Position numbers and translations under genes: made by a program. A stretch of DNA of 64,000 nucleotides from an uncultured Candidatus Rokubacteria bacterium. Lineage in GTDB: Bacteria > Methylomirabilota > Methylomirabilia > Rokubacteriales > DASRDR01. Shown in pieces: positions 1 to 9,132 of this stretch (the stretch's first letter is position 1; each line of letters starts with the position of its first letter). The notes below the pieces were generated by a model that had not been told where the DNA came from, searched no databases, and saw only the letters and a list, made by a program, of their open reading frames with translations. Where the stretch lies: positions 192,001 to 256,000 of the forward strand of contig CAVPSB010000031.1 of NCBI GenBank assembly GCA_963708025.1, read 5' to 3'.

Positions 1-678
1 GAGATCGTCACCACGAAGTGTCTCCTGATCGCCACTGGAGCCGACTATCGCCGGCTGAACGTCGAGGGGTGCGAGCGTTTCGAGGGGAAGGGTGTCTACT
101 ACGCGGCCACTCTCGCCGAAGGGCAGATGTGCCGGGGAGCGCAAGTGGTGTTGGTGGGCGGCGGCAACTCTGCGGGCCAGGCCGCAGTCTTCCTTGCCCA
201 GTATGCCAGCAAGGTGCTGCTCCTGATCCGCGGCGATGATCTGTACAAGAACATGTCCAGCTATCTGGCCCGGCGGATCGAGCAGACGGCCAATATCGAG
301 CTTCTCGTCAACACGACGATCCGGCGGATGAGCGGCGATGGTCACCTCGGCTCTGTCGAGATCGTCAACGAGAAGACCGGGCAAGAGCGCCCGGTGGAAA
401 CGCCCGCGGTGTTCAGCTTCATCGGGGCGGTGCCGCGGACCGACTGGCTGCCCCCGGAGATCGAGCGGGACGCCGGGGGATTCATCCGGACCGGCGCCGC
501 CCTGGCGCAGTCTCCCCATTGGACCAGCCGGCGGCAGCCGTCCTTGTTGGAGACCAGCCGCCCCGGAGTGTTCGCGGCCGGCGATGTGCGGTCAGGCTCG
601 ATCAAGCGCGTCGCTTCGGCAGTTGGCGAGGGGTCGATGGTGGTCCAGTTCGTCCATGAGTTCCTCGAGGGGATGTGA
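1..678 (+). CDS. Thioredoxin reductase-like FAD-dependent oxidoreductase (5' truncated by window edge)
   Basis: Frame open from base 1: IATGADYRRL, GVYYAAT, VGGGNSAGQAA (NADPH motif), TSRPGVFAAGDVR, VASAVGEG. The redox CxxC is absent. Confidence 0.9.
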   Translation, partial: EIVTTKCLLIATGADYRRLNVEGCERFEGKGVYYAATLAEGQMCRGAQVVLVGGGNSAGQAAVFLAQYASKVLLLIRGDDLYKNMSSYLARRIEQTANIELLVNTTIRRMSGDGHLGSVEIVNEKTGQERPVETPAVFSFIGAVPRTDWLPPEIERDAGGFIRTGAALAQSPHWTSRRQPSLLETSRPGVFAAGDVRSGSIKRVASAVGEGSMVVQFVHEFLEGM

Positions 679-815
679 GGCAAGGCGAGGGGAGTGTGAT
701 GTCGATTCCGGGCTCTGCCGAACGACTAACTGGCGTGCACAGCCGTTGGCGGGAGGGCCTGGGGCCCCTTCGAGGGTTCCCCTATCCAGGGACCGAAGAC
801 GCGAGGAGCGGAGCC

Positions 816-1391
816 ATGAAGGAGATTCTCATCGTGCTCGGGATCGGCATCGCGGGGTTTCTGGCGTTCGCGGCGACCCGCCCTCATAGGTACCAGGTGG
901 AGCGGTCGCGGAAGATCGACGCGCCGGCGGAGATCGTCTTCGCGCAAATCGAGGACTTCAGGGCGTGGCCGGCCTGGTCGCCCTGGGAGAAGGTCGATCC
1001 GGACATGAAGCGGACCTACGAAGGCCCGGCCAGGGGCGTCGGGGCGGGTTACGCCTGGGACGGGAACCGGCATGTCGGCAAGGGGAAGATGACCATCACG
1101 CAGTCCACGCCTTCTACGGCCATCTCATGCCGGCTGGAGTTCATGAAGCCCTTCGTCTCGGTCGCCACCACCGGCTTCACCCTCGAGCCGGCAGGGGACC
1201 AGGCCGTGACCGTCACCTGGTCGATGGACGGGAACAACAACTTCACCGGGAAGGTGTTCTCAATCTTCATGAACATGGACAAGATGATCGGCGGCCAGTA
1301 CGAAAAGGGGCTCGCGAACCTCGAGCTGGTCGCCAAGGCGGCGGCCAAGGAACAGGCCGATGTCGTCGCGGCCGCGCCGAGGAGGAAGTAG
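816..1391 (+). CDS. SRPBCC/polyketide cyclase family protein
   Basis: N-terminal hydrophobic anchor, then VERSRKIDAP...WSPWEKVDP...MDKMIGGQYEKGLANL. GAGGAG RBS upstream of ATG 816. Confidence 0.85.
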   Translation: MKEILIVLGIGIAGFLAFAATRPHRYQVERSRKIDAPAEIVFAQIEDFRAWPAWSPWEKVDPDMKRTYEGPARGVGAGYAWDGNRHVGKGKMTITQSTPSTAISCRLEFMKPFVSVATTGFTLEPAGDQAVTVTWSMDGNNNFTGKVFSIFMNMDKMIGGQYEKGLANLELVAKAAAKEQADVVAAAPRRK

Positions 1392-1495
1392 CTGCCAGGC
1401 GGCACCGGCGACGCCTCGGGGCTCTCGACCCGGCCGCGCCGGGGTTGGCACCGAGAACCTCCGGGACGCCCGTGCCGCCGTCTGACTCGCGATCT

Positions 1496-1927
1496 TCAAG
1501 GGCGGCTCCGGGCTTGGCTGGCCGGGTGGAGCGCTGACGGGTGAGACGACCCGCGATGCGGCGCCAGCCGCCAGCGGCCGTAGGCGACGAACGCCGAGAG
1601 GAGCCCCACCACCAGCGGGATCAGCGCCGGCGCCACTCCATCCGCCACCAGCGTGAGCACCGTCGCGCCGATCATGATGATCACCAGCCCGGCGGCCGCC
1701 AGCGGGGTCAGGCCCGGCCGAATGCGCAGGAGCCCGGGGAGGATCAGGCCGAGCGCGCCGAGCACCTCGGCCACTCCGATGAATCGCACGAACCAGCCCG
1801 GCAGCTGGATCTGATTCGGTGAGCCCATCGACATCAGCACGTCCAGCGGCAGGATCAGCTTCGTCCCACCGGCGAACAGAAAGGTGAGCGCGAGCAGCCC
1901 CTGAACGATCCACAGTGCATAGGTCAT
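1496..1927 (-). CDS. DoxX family membrane protein
   Basis: LWIVQGLLALTFLFAGGTKL...FIGVAEVLGALGLILP...LTPLAAAGL. AAGGAG RBS upstream. Confidence 0.85.
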   Translation of the reverse strand: MTYALWIVQGLLALTFLFAGGTKLILPLDVLMSMGSPNQIQLPGWFVRFIGVAEVLGALGLILPGLLRIRPGLTPLAAAGLVIIMIGATVLTLVADGVAPALIPLVVGLLSAFVAYGRWRLAPHRGSSHPSALHPASQARSRP

Positions 1928-1946
1928 GATCGGAAGGTCTCCTTTT

Positions 1947-2065
1947 TCAGGCCTTCGCCACAAAGGCCGCGAGGCGTTCCAGACTTTGTGACCAGCCCGC
2001 TCCCATCCCCTCGAGATACGGGGCGGCCTCGGCGGTCGCTTTGACGACGCGGGCTTGCAACGTGA
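1947..2065 (-). pseudogene. C-terminal remnant of an SRPBCC/AHSA1-like protein
   Basis: Minus strand reads TLQARVVKATAEAAPYLEGMGAGWSQSLERLAAFVAKA*, a typical AHSA1 C-terminal helix (GWxQSLERL). There is no start codon or N-terminal part. Confidence 0.6.
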
Positions 2066-2085
2066 CAGCAGGGCTTACGTGACCC

Positions 2086-2383
2086 CTAGCCGCCGGCCAT
2101 GGCCCCCACGATCAGAAACGGCTCGGCCCCCGTCGCGACCGCGTCGGGCAGCGGGGCGTCCGGCGGCTCGTGGGACAGATCCTGCTCGCAGGCGAAGAAC
2201 CTCACGAACGGCTCGGCGCTGCTGCGTGACGTGGTCGCGGATCGTCCCGCGCAGCATCGGATAGCGGGCCTCGAGCGCGTCGAGGACCGAGCGCTGCGTG
2301 ACCTGACCCTCGACGTCGAGCTTCACCTCGCCGTCGACGCGCGCCAGCGTCCGCAGATGTGCCGGGAGCACGACTCGGATCAT
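2086..2383 (-). CDS. MoaD/ThiS family ubiquitin-like protein (one frameshift near 2212)
   Basis: [20 protein letters not shown]...QQRR then, after a 1-nt shift, [14 protein letters not shown]...IVGAMAGG*. Ends in diglycine; ATGA overlap with the upstream gene. Confidence 0.85.
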
Positions 2384-3494
2384 GGCAGCGTCTGGACCTC
2401 GACGGACAGCACGGCCGGAAGATCCCGGACGATGGGCGCCCAGCTGTCCCCGGCATCGGCCGACGCGTACACCTGCCCGCCGGTGGTGCCGAAGTACACG
2501 CCGCACGAATCGAGCGAGTCGACGGCCATCGCGTCGCGCAGCACGTTGACGTAGCAGTCGCGTTGCGGCAGACCCTTCGTGAGCGCCTCCCACTCGTTTC
2601 CGCCCGTCCGGCTGCGGTACACGCGCAGCTTTCCCTCGGGCGGATAGTGCTCCGAGTCGCTCTTGATCGGGACGACGTAGATGGTGTCCGGCTCGTGCGC
2701 GTGCACGTCGATCGGGAACCCGAAGTCGGTCGGCAAGTTCCCGCTGACCTCGTGCCACGACTCGCCGGCGTCGTCGCTGCGCATGACGTCCCAGTGCTTC
2801 TGCATGAACAGCACGCCCGGACGCGACCGGTGCATCGCGATGCGGTGAACGCAGTGGCCGACCTCGGCAGTCGGGTCGGGGATGCCTTCGGACTTCAGGC
2901 CGCGGTTGATCGGCCGCCACGTCTTGCCGGCGTCGTCGGTCCGGAACGCGCCCGCGGCCGAGATGGCGATGAAGATCCGCTCGGGATCGCTCGGATCCAG
3001 CAGGATCGTGTGCAGGCACATCCCACCGGCGCCCGGCTGCCAGAGGGCCCTGATCCGTGGCCGCGCAGTCCGGGGAGCTCCTGCCACGTCTGCCCGCCGT
3101 CGGTCGAGCGGAACAAGGCGGCGTCTTCCACCCCGGCGTAGACCGTGTCCGGATCGGTCAGCGACGGTTCGAGATGCCAGACGCGCTTGAACTCCCAGGG
3201 GTGCGGCGTGCCGTCGTACCACTGGTGCGTGCCGGGGACGCCGTCGTACACGAACTTGTTCCCCACCGGCTCCCACGTCTTGCCGCCGTCGTTGGAGCGC
3301 TGGATCAGCTGCCCGAACCAGCCGCTGGACTGCGACGCATACAGCCGATTCGGGTCAGCGGGCGATCCCTTGAGGTGGTAGATCTCCCAGCCCGCAAAGT
3401 GGGGGCCACTGACGTCCCACCGTTCGCGCTTTCCGTCCGACGTCAGGACGAACGCGCCCTTGCGTGTGCCAACCAGTACCCGTACCCCGCTCAT
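2380..3494 (-). CDS. BNR/Asp-box beta-propeller protein (sialidase-like; one frameshift near 3043)
   Basis: Repeated SxDGGxTW Asp-boxes. ORFs 2895..3494 and 2380..3276 join at [24 protein letters not shown]. Confidence 0.85.
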
Positions 3495-3593
3495 CTCTCA
3501 CTCCTTCCTGAGCTTCCAGGGATTCTCGACCGCCCACCGTCGCGCCCACTCCGATGCCACGCGGCACATCGGGGCGCCTCCTCTCACTGTATA

Positions 3594-3620
3594 GTCGAAC
3601 GGGCCGGCTCGAGATCGACA
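3594..3620 (-). promoter_or_regulatory. Putative ECF-sigma (ECF42-like) promoter
   Basis: Minus strand TGTCGA-N17-CGAC about 100 nt upstream of the BNR gene. It resembles the TGTCGA/CGA-type motif reported for ECF42 targets. Confidence 0.45.
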
Positions 3621-4022
3621 GCCTCGGCGAACGAGAGGATGTCGCCTGGCCGAGGGGTCAACGCCCTGGCCCGCCGGTACCCCCGCCATGGCCACCTGAC
3701 CTCGAACTGACCGCCCCCGACTGATCGCCCAGGGGGACCAAGTCTTCCGAGCCCGCCGGCGGCGGGTCCGGCCAGCCGCGTCCCGCTACTCTCCTCCCGC
3801 GTTGCCCTACCCTCCCGCCGCTCTCGCCGCCTGCGTCGGGGGCGCGACGTGTACCGCCAGGTGCCGCCCTTGACACGGGCCGCGCCGGCCGCGCACCATC
3901 GGGGCGGAGCGGCGTTGGTCTGCCAGCCCCCCTGGGGGGCCGGCCGAGAAGTCGAGCCCCTGTCCGAGGCGAGAGCGTCCTGCCCTTCCCGGCTGGTACA
4001 ACGTAGGGCAAAGATCATAGCG

Positions 4023-5954
4023 ATGCTGGCACTTGGGCTCCTTCCCTTCTTTTGCATTGTCGGCATCCTGTGGGCGCTGTCAAAGGTCTTCCACATTGGA
4101 TGGCGGAGTGCCATCTTGTCGGCGTCCGTTGCATGCGGACTCATTGTCACGGTGACGACCGAGATCTTGAGTCTCTTCAAACTGGTGACCTTTGGCTGGG
4201 TGACGGCCGTCTGGGGCGCAGCTGTGCTCCTGTCCATTGGCGCGTTGTGCCATGCGCACGTGACACGCGCGGGACGAATCCCTGGCTCCCTGGCTACAGC
4301 CAGTCCCGGAGATGGGCGACGAAGCATCTCGTCTGTTGGATGGGGCTTGACGGCGGTCCTCGGTGTGGCGGCGGCTCTGATCGGTCTGATCGCCCTGCTT
4401 GCGCCGCCCAACACCTGGGACTCGATGACCTACCACATGGCGCGCGTTGCGCATTGGATCCAGAATCGGACGGTCGCCCATTACCCCACTCACATCATGA
4501 GACAGCTCTATCAACCTCCATGGGCGGAATACGCCATCATGCACCTTCAAATCCTGAGCGGTGGAGATCGTCTCGCCAATCTGGTGCAGTACCTCAGCTT
4601 CATCGGCAGCGCGGTGGGGGCATCGCTCATTGCTGAACAGCTCGGAGCCGACTCACGTGGCCAGCTGCTGTCAGCGGTCATCGTTGCCACCATCCCGATG
4701 GGGATCCTTCAGGCCTCGAGCACCCAGAACGACTATGTCGTCACCTTGTGGCTGGTGACGCTGGCCTACGCCTGTTTGTTGTTCAAGGCCAGGCCGACGT
4801 GGGCCAGCGCATTCGGGGTCGGGACGTCCTTGGGGCTGGCCGTGCTGACCAAGGGGACTGCGTACGTCTATGCCCCTCCGTTGCTGTTCATGTTGGCGCC
4901 TACGATGGTCAAGGCCCGAGGCTGGCGACCGATTGTGCCGATTCTCGCGGTGTTCATGGTTCCAGTGGCTCTCAATCTTGGGCACTACGCGAGGAACTTC
5001 GAGCTGGAGGGCAATCCGCTCGTGACCGCCCCTGGCGTCGTGAACGAGACGTTCGGAGTCAGCACGTTGGTGTCGAACATGATCCGGAGCGCGGCCCTGC
5101 ACCTGGCAACGCCGATCCGCGAGGTGAACGAGGTCATCGTGAGAGACATCCGGCACGGCCTCACGTCGCTGGGTATGGACGCCGACGATCCCCGCACGAC
5201 GTGGGCCGGGATGCGGTTTGGGATTCGCGAGACTTCGACGCATGAAGACCGAACGGGAAATCCCCTGCATCTGGTTCTCATGGCGTGGTCGGTGGGAGCC
5301 TGCCTGCTGAAGAAGGAGTTGAGAGGACACAAGATCCTGTTGGGCTATCTGGCGGCGCTGATCGCCGGGTCTTGCCTGTTCGCGCTCGTGCTGAAATGGC
5401 AACCGTGGCACAGCCGGTTGCATCTTCCCTTGTTCGTGCTCTTTTCGCCGGTCGTCGCGGTGGCCTTGGCGCGGACGGTGAAGGGGAAGGCCGCAGTGGC
5501 GATCGGTCTTGGCCTGGCTCTGGTGTCGCTCCCGTGGCTGCTCGGAAACCGAAACCGGCCTGTTGTTGGCGACCGAAGCGTTTTCAGTACGCCCCGGGAA
5601 GAACAGTACTTCGTCCATCGGCCCTTTCGGCGGGAGCAGTACGAAGGCATGGCGCGGGTGGTAAAGGCGACTGGGTGTCGTGAGGTCGGGATCTTGGCGG
5701 GAGAGAACGACTGGGAATATCCGCTCTGGGTTCTGCTCGACGCGGTGGATGGGAGGCATCCGACGGTTCGATTGGAACACGTCAATGTCCAGAACGCTTC
5801 CGCAGCAAAGGGTAGGGTGCGTCGGTATAGACGGTTCAGCCCTTGCGCGATAGTCGCTCTTGATGGTCGAGACAGCAAGGATGTTGCGGTGAAGGGTACC
5901 GTGTACGAAAGAGAGTGGTCACTGGGTCGCGTGAGCGTGTTCACCAGGCGCTAG
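4023..5954 (+). CDS. GT-C fold (ArnT/GT39-like) membrane glycosyltransferase
   Basis: Many TM segments with PNTWDSMTYHMARVAHW, QASSTQND, LTKGT and KWQPWHSRLHLP. Start position uncertain. Confidence 0.8.
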   Translation: MLALGLLPFFCIVGILWALSKVFHIGWRSAILSASVACGLIVTVTTEILSLFKLVTFGWVTAVWGAAVLLSIGALCHAHVTRAGRIPGSLATASPGDGRRSISSVGWGLTAVLGVAAALIGLIALLAPPNTWDSMTYHMARVAHWIQNRTVAHYPTHIMRQLYQPPWAEYAIMHLQILSGGDRLANLVQYLSFIGSAVGASLIAEQLGADSRGQLLSAVIVATIPMGILQASSTQNDYVVTLWLVTLAYACLLFKARPTWASAFGVGTSLGLAVLTKGTAYVYAPPLLFMLAPTMVKARGWRPIVPILAVFMVPVALNLGHYARNFELEGNPLVTAPGVVNETFGVSTLVSNMIRSAALHLATPIREVNEVIVRDIRHGLTSLGMDADDPRTTWAGMRFGIRETSTHEDRTGNPLHLVLMAWSVGACLLKKELRGHKILLGYLAALIAGSCLFALVLKWQPWHSRLHLPLFVLFSPVVAVALARTVKGKAAVAIGLGLALVSLPWLLGNRNRPVVGDRSVFSTPREEQYFVHRPFRREQYEGMARVVKATGCREVGILAGENDWEYPLWVLLDAVDGRHPTVRLEHVNVQNASAAKGRVRRYRRFSPCAIVALDGRDSKDVAVKGTVYEREWSLGRVSVFTRR

Positions 5955-6058
5955 TGACGCACATCGCGAGGCAGGGCTTCGGCGCATGCCACCACATCGT
6001 CGGTCGTCCCGCAGCGGCAGGTCGCGGCCGTCGGGCTTTCGCTCCTACGCGCCCCTCG

Positions 6059-6373
6059 TCACCCCGTCGGAAGATGCTTCATTGCGATGGAGACCGCCTC
6101 CTGCGCCGAGTGGCCGACGTGCACCACGATCTTCACGTCGGCCCGTGATGTGATGTAGGTCGTGCGGGCCGTCTGCGCGTTTATGAAGTCGGCCAGCTTG
6201 GCATTATCCACATCGAAGAGAAAGAGCACATGGACGCCTTGGTCATCGCCGTAGGTGAACGACGCAATCTCCGTGGCGTCGGCTGGTCGCTTGGGTGTCT
6301 CGGGCGACATGAACAGATCGAGCGCGGTCCGGCCCTCCGTTTGAGAAAAGGTCGTGTGAACGAGTACTCGCAT
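6059..6373 (-). CDS. Hypothetical protein (104 aa)
   Basis: GAGGAG RBS plus ATG. Globular-looking composition: MRVLVHTTFSQTEG...VHVLFLFDVD... Confidence 0.6.
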   Translation of the reverse strand: MRVLVHTTFSQTEGRTALDLFMSPETPKRPADATEIASFTYGDDQGVHVLFLFDVDNAKLADFINAQTARTTYITSRADVKIVVHVGHSAQEAVSIAMKHLPTG

Positions 6374-6390
6374 CGCAAGTGTCTCCTCGT

Positions 6391-6654
6391 CGCTGAATGA
6401 CCTTCGTCCGCCCGCAGCAGCACCGACTGCCGGATGGTGAGGCCGAGGGTCTTGGCGGGATCGAGGTGCCGATGGTTTGATCGTCCACGTGGCCGAGGTC
6501 CCGCAGTCCCTGCCGAAAGGCATCGATCAAGCTGGACACAGGGAAGGACTGGTGCCTGACAACGCGATGCGGGGGGTCTTCTCCTGCTCCTGCGCCCCCA
6601 TGGATACCGGCGCGGCGAGGAGGAGGGAAGGAGGGCGACCGCCAACACCGTCAT
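6391..6654 (-). pseudogene. Internally deleted, frameshifted ABC transporter substrate-binding protein (ABC_sub_bind family)
   Basis: Fragments AQEQEKTPRIA and SLIDAFRQGLRDLGHVDDQTI are joined directly to the C-terminal motif AKTLGLTIRQSVLLRADE(VIQ). Confidence 0.7.
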
Positions 6655-6841
6655 GTGTCCTTCCGATGGCCGGGATGCTACGGCGGGAGGCGGGCGGGGT
6701 CAACCCGGAACCTTGGGAGCGGGGGGTCAGGCCTTTCATTCTCGACACTCCGCGGCAGCGCCGCGCCGTGCCGGCTGGCGAGCCGCTGAGCCGCGCTGGC
6801 GCCACCCCTCCGGCGGTCGATGGCGTAAGATGCGAGCAACG

Positions 6842-7951
6842 ATGCGGCTGAGCGTCCTCGACCAGTCCCCGGTCCGGAGCGGTGGGACTCCCGCCGACGC
6901 CGTGCGCGAGACCCTGGAGCTGGCCGAGGCCGCCGACCGGCTCGGGTACCACCGCTACTGGCTGGCCGAGCACCACGCGACGCCCGGCCTGGCTGGCTCC
7001 TGTCCGGAGATCCTGATCGGCGCCGTCGCCGCCCGCACGAGCCGCATCCGGGTCGGCTCGGGCGGGGTCATGCTGAGCCACTACCCGGCGCTCAAGGTGG
7101 CCGAGCAGTTCCGGATGCTGGCGCTGCTCCACCCCGGGCGCATCGACCTCGGGATCGGCCGGGCACCCGGCGCCGACCAGCGGACGGCGCGGGCGCTCCG
7201 GCAGCGTCCCGAGGCGCTGGAGGCCGAGCCGTTCCCGGAGCAGGTCGCCCAGCTCATCGGGTTCCTCCACGACGCGCTGCCGCCCGAGCATCCCCTGGCC
7301 GGGATCCAGGCGATGCCGGCCATCCCGGACGCGCCGGAGCTGTGGCTTCTCGGCTCGACCGACGGCAGCGCGGCCTGCGCCGCCCACTTCGGCACCGCGT
7401 TCTCGTTCGCCCACTTCATCAACGCCGACGGCGGCGCCGCCGTCACGCGCGCCTACGTCCGCCAGTTCCGGCCGTCGCCGGTCCTGGCGAGCCCCCACGC
7501 CAGCGTCGCCGTGTTCGCGCTCTGCGCCGACAGCGAGGCGGAGGCGCGGCAGCTCGCCGGCTGCCGGGATCTCTATCTCCTCCGGCTCTACACCGGGCGG
7601 GCCGGTCCGTTCCCGTCGGTGGAGGAGGCCCAGAGTTACTTCTACACCGAGGCCGAGCTGGCGATCGTCCGCGAGGTCGGGCGGCGCACCATCGCCGGGC
7701 CACCCGGAGCGGTCCGCGAGCGACTCCTGGCGCTGGCGGCCGAGTACGACGTGGACGAGCTCGTCGTCGTGACGATCACCCACGAGTTCAAGGCCCGGCT
7801 GCGGTCGTACGAGCTCCTGGCGGAGGCGTTCGACCTCAGTTCGGGACCTCCCTCCCACGCCCCCAAGCCCCCTCCCCCACCCACTGGGGGGAGGGGGGAG
7901 TCGGAGGACGCCATTCCTTCACACGCTCTCAGTCGCCACTCCCTCTCGTAG
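6842..7951 (+). CDS. LLM class (luciferase-like) flavin-dependent oxidoreductase
   Basis: MRLSVLDQSP...RYWLAEHH...RIRVGSGGVML...GRIDLGIGRAPG. The C-terminal tail runs through a repeat element. Confidence 0.9.
   Translation: MRLSVLDQSPVRSGGTPADAVRETLELAEAADRLGYHRYWLAEHHATPGLAGSCPEILIGAVAARTSRIRVGSGGVMLSHYPALKVAEQFRMLALLHPGRIDLGIGRAPGADQRTARALRQRPEALEAEPFPEQVAQLIGFLHDALPPEHPLAGIQAMPAIPDAPELWLLGSTDGSAACAAHFGTAFSFAHFINADGGAAVTRAYVRQFRPSPVLASPHASVAVFALCADSEAEARQLAGCRDLYLLRLYTGRAGPFPSVEEAQSYFYTEAELAIVREVGRRTIAGPPGAVRERLLALAAEYDVDELVVVTITHEFKARLRSYELLAEAFDLSSGPPSHAPKPPPPPTGGRGESEDAIPSHALSRHSLS
7834..7930 (-). repeat. Intergenic repeat family A, full copy
   Basis: Minus strand GAGCGTGTGAAG...CCCCCCTCCCCCC-hairpin-GGGGGAGGGGG...GGGAGGTCCCGAACTGAGG. 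Matches the copy at 44573-44687. Confidence 0.75.
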
Positions 7952-7988
7952 CGGCGCGCCGCTCGGGGCCGGCGGGCCGAGCGTGCGG

Positions 7989-9131
7989 TCAGGACTCGCC
8001 GGGCGTCGCGGGCTGGCGGGGATCCACGAGGATCTCCACCCCGGCGCCCGGCGTCTCGTTCGGCCGGAACCGTCCCGACTCCAGCACGGCCAGGGACCGG
8101 ATGGAGGCGGCGGGCCGGCGGTCCTGGGCCCGGAAGACGATGGTCTCGGCCAGCGGGCAGTTCGGGGTGGCCACCATCAGGTGGACGGTCCAGGGCTGGA
8201 GGCCTCCCGCGTGGGGGACGACGATCACGTCGTGGGCCGAGGCGAGCGCGGCGATCTTGCGCACCTCCGAGAGACCGCCGGCCCAGGCCACGTCCGGCTG
8301 CAGCACGTCGGCGCATCCCCGGGCCAGGAGCTCCCGGAACCCCCAGCGGCCGTACTCGTGCTCGCCGGTCGCGATCTGCGTCCAGCCGATCCGGCGCCGG
8401 AGCGTGGCGTACCCGCCGTAGTCGTCGGGCGGGAGCGGCTCCTCGATCCAGCGGAGGTCGTGCTCGCGCGCCGCCCGGGCGAAGCGGAGGGTGTAGTCCA
8501 CGTCCCAGGACATGAAGCAGTCCACCATGACGTCCACGTCCCGACCGGCGGCCTGGCGGGCCGCCGCCACCGCCTCCACGTTCCGGGTCAGGCCCGCCCT
8601 CCCGTCCCACGGACCGCACGGCATCGGGACCTTCAGGCCGCTGAAGCCCGCGGCGGCGACGTCGCCCGGCTCGGGGTGGGTCGCGTAGGCGGGCACCGAG
8701 TCCCGGACCGCGCCCCCCAGGAGGCGGTAGAGGGGCTGTCCCAGCCACTTGGCGAGGAGATCCCAGAGCGCGAGGTCGATGGCCGATACCGCCATCACGG
8801 CCACCCCCTTGCGGCCGTAGGGCAGGACCGCCCGCCACATCTCTTCCCACCGGAGCTCGACGTCGCGCGGATCGGTGCCGAGCAGGAGCGGGCGGAGATG
8901 GCCCTCCACGATGACGCGGGCCACCGCGCCGCCCCGGCACTCGCCGGCCCCGATCACGCCCTCGTCGGTCAGGACGAACACGCGCAAGGCGTCCGCTCCC
9001 GGGCCACGCCAGCGCGACCGGGGGCCGCGGAAGCGCGGGAAGGCGGCCATCGGGTTGGCGATCTCCCGCTCGTCCAGCCAGGTCGCGCTCGAGTACGGCT
9101 CCACCACGCACCGGATGTCAACGATCTTCAT
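7989..9131 (-). CDS. Mandelate racemase/enolase superfamily dehydratase, L-rhamnonate dehydratase-like
   Basis: IANPM N-terminus, YGRKG, SAIDLALWDL, MVDCFMSW, WIEEPLPPDD, ATGEHE, QPDVAWAGG. Confidence 0.85.
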   Translation of the reverse strand: MKIVDIRCVVEPYSSATWLDEREIANPMAAFPRFRGPRSRWRGPGADALRVFVLTDEGVIGAGECRGGAVARVIVEGHLRPLLLGTDPRDVELRWEEMWRAVLPYGRKGVAVMAVSAIDLALWDLLAKWLGQPLYRLLGGAVRDSVPAYATHPEPGDVAAAGFSGLKVPMPCGPWDGRAGLTRNVEAVAAARQAAGRDVDVMVDCFMSWDVDYTLRFARAAREHDLRWIEEPLPPDDYGGYATLRRRIGWTQIATGEHEYGRWGFRELLARGCADVLQPDVAWAGGLSEVRKIAALASAHDVIVVPHAGGLQPWTVHLMVATPNCPLAETIVFRAQDRRPAASIRSLAVLESGRFRPNETPGAGVEILVDPRQPATPGES

Positions 9132-9132
9132 G

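Noticed and set aside
3640-3710. Possible gene tail LAEGVNALARRYPRHGHLTSN*
   Set aside because: It looks coding but I cannot assign a family; too short to support.
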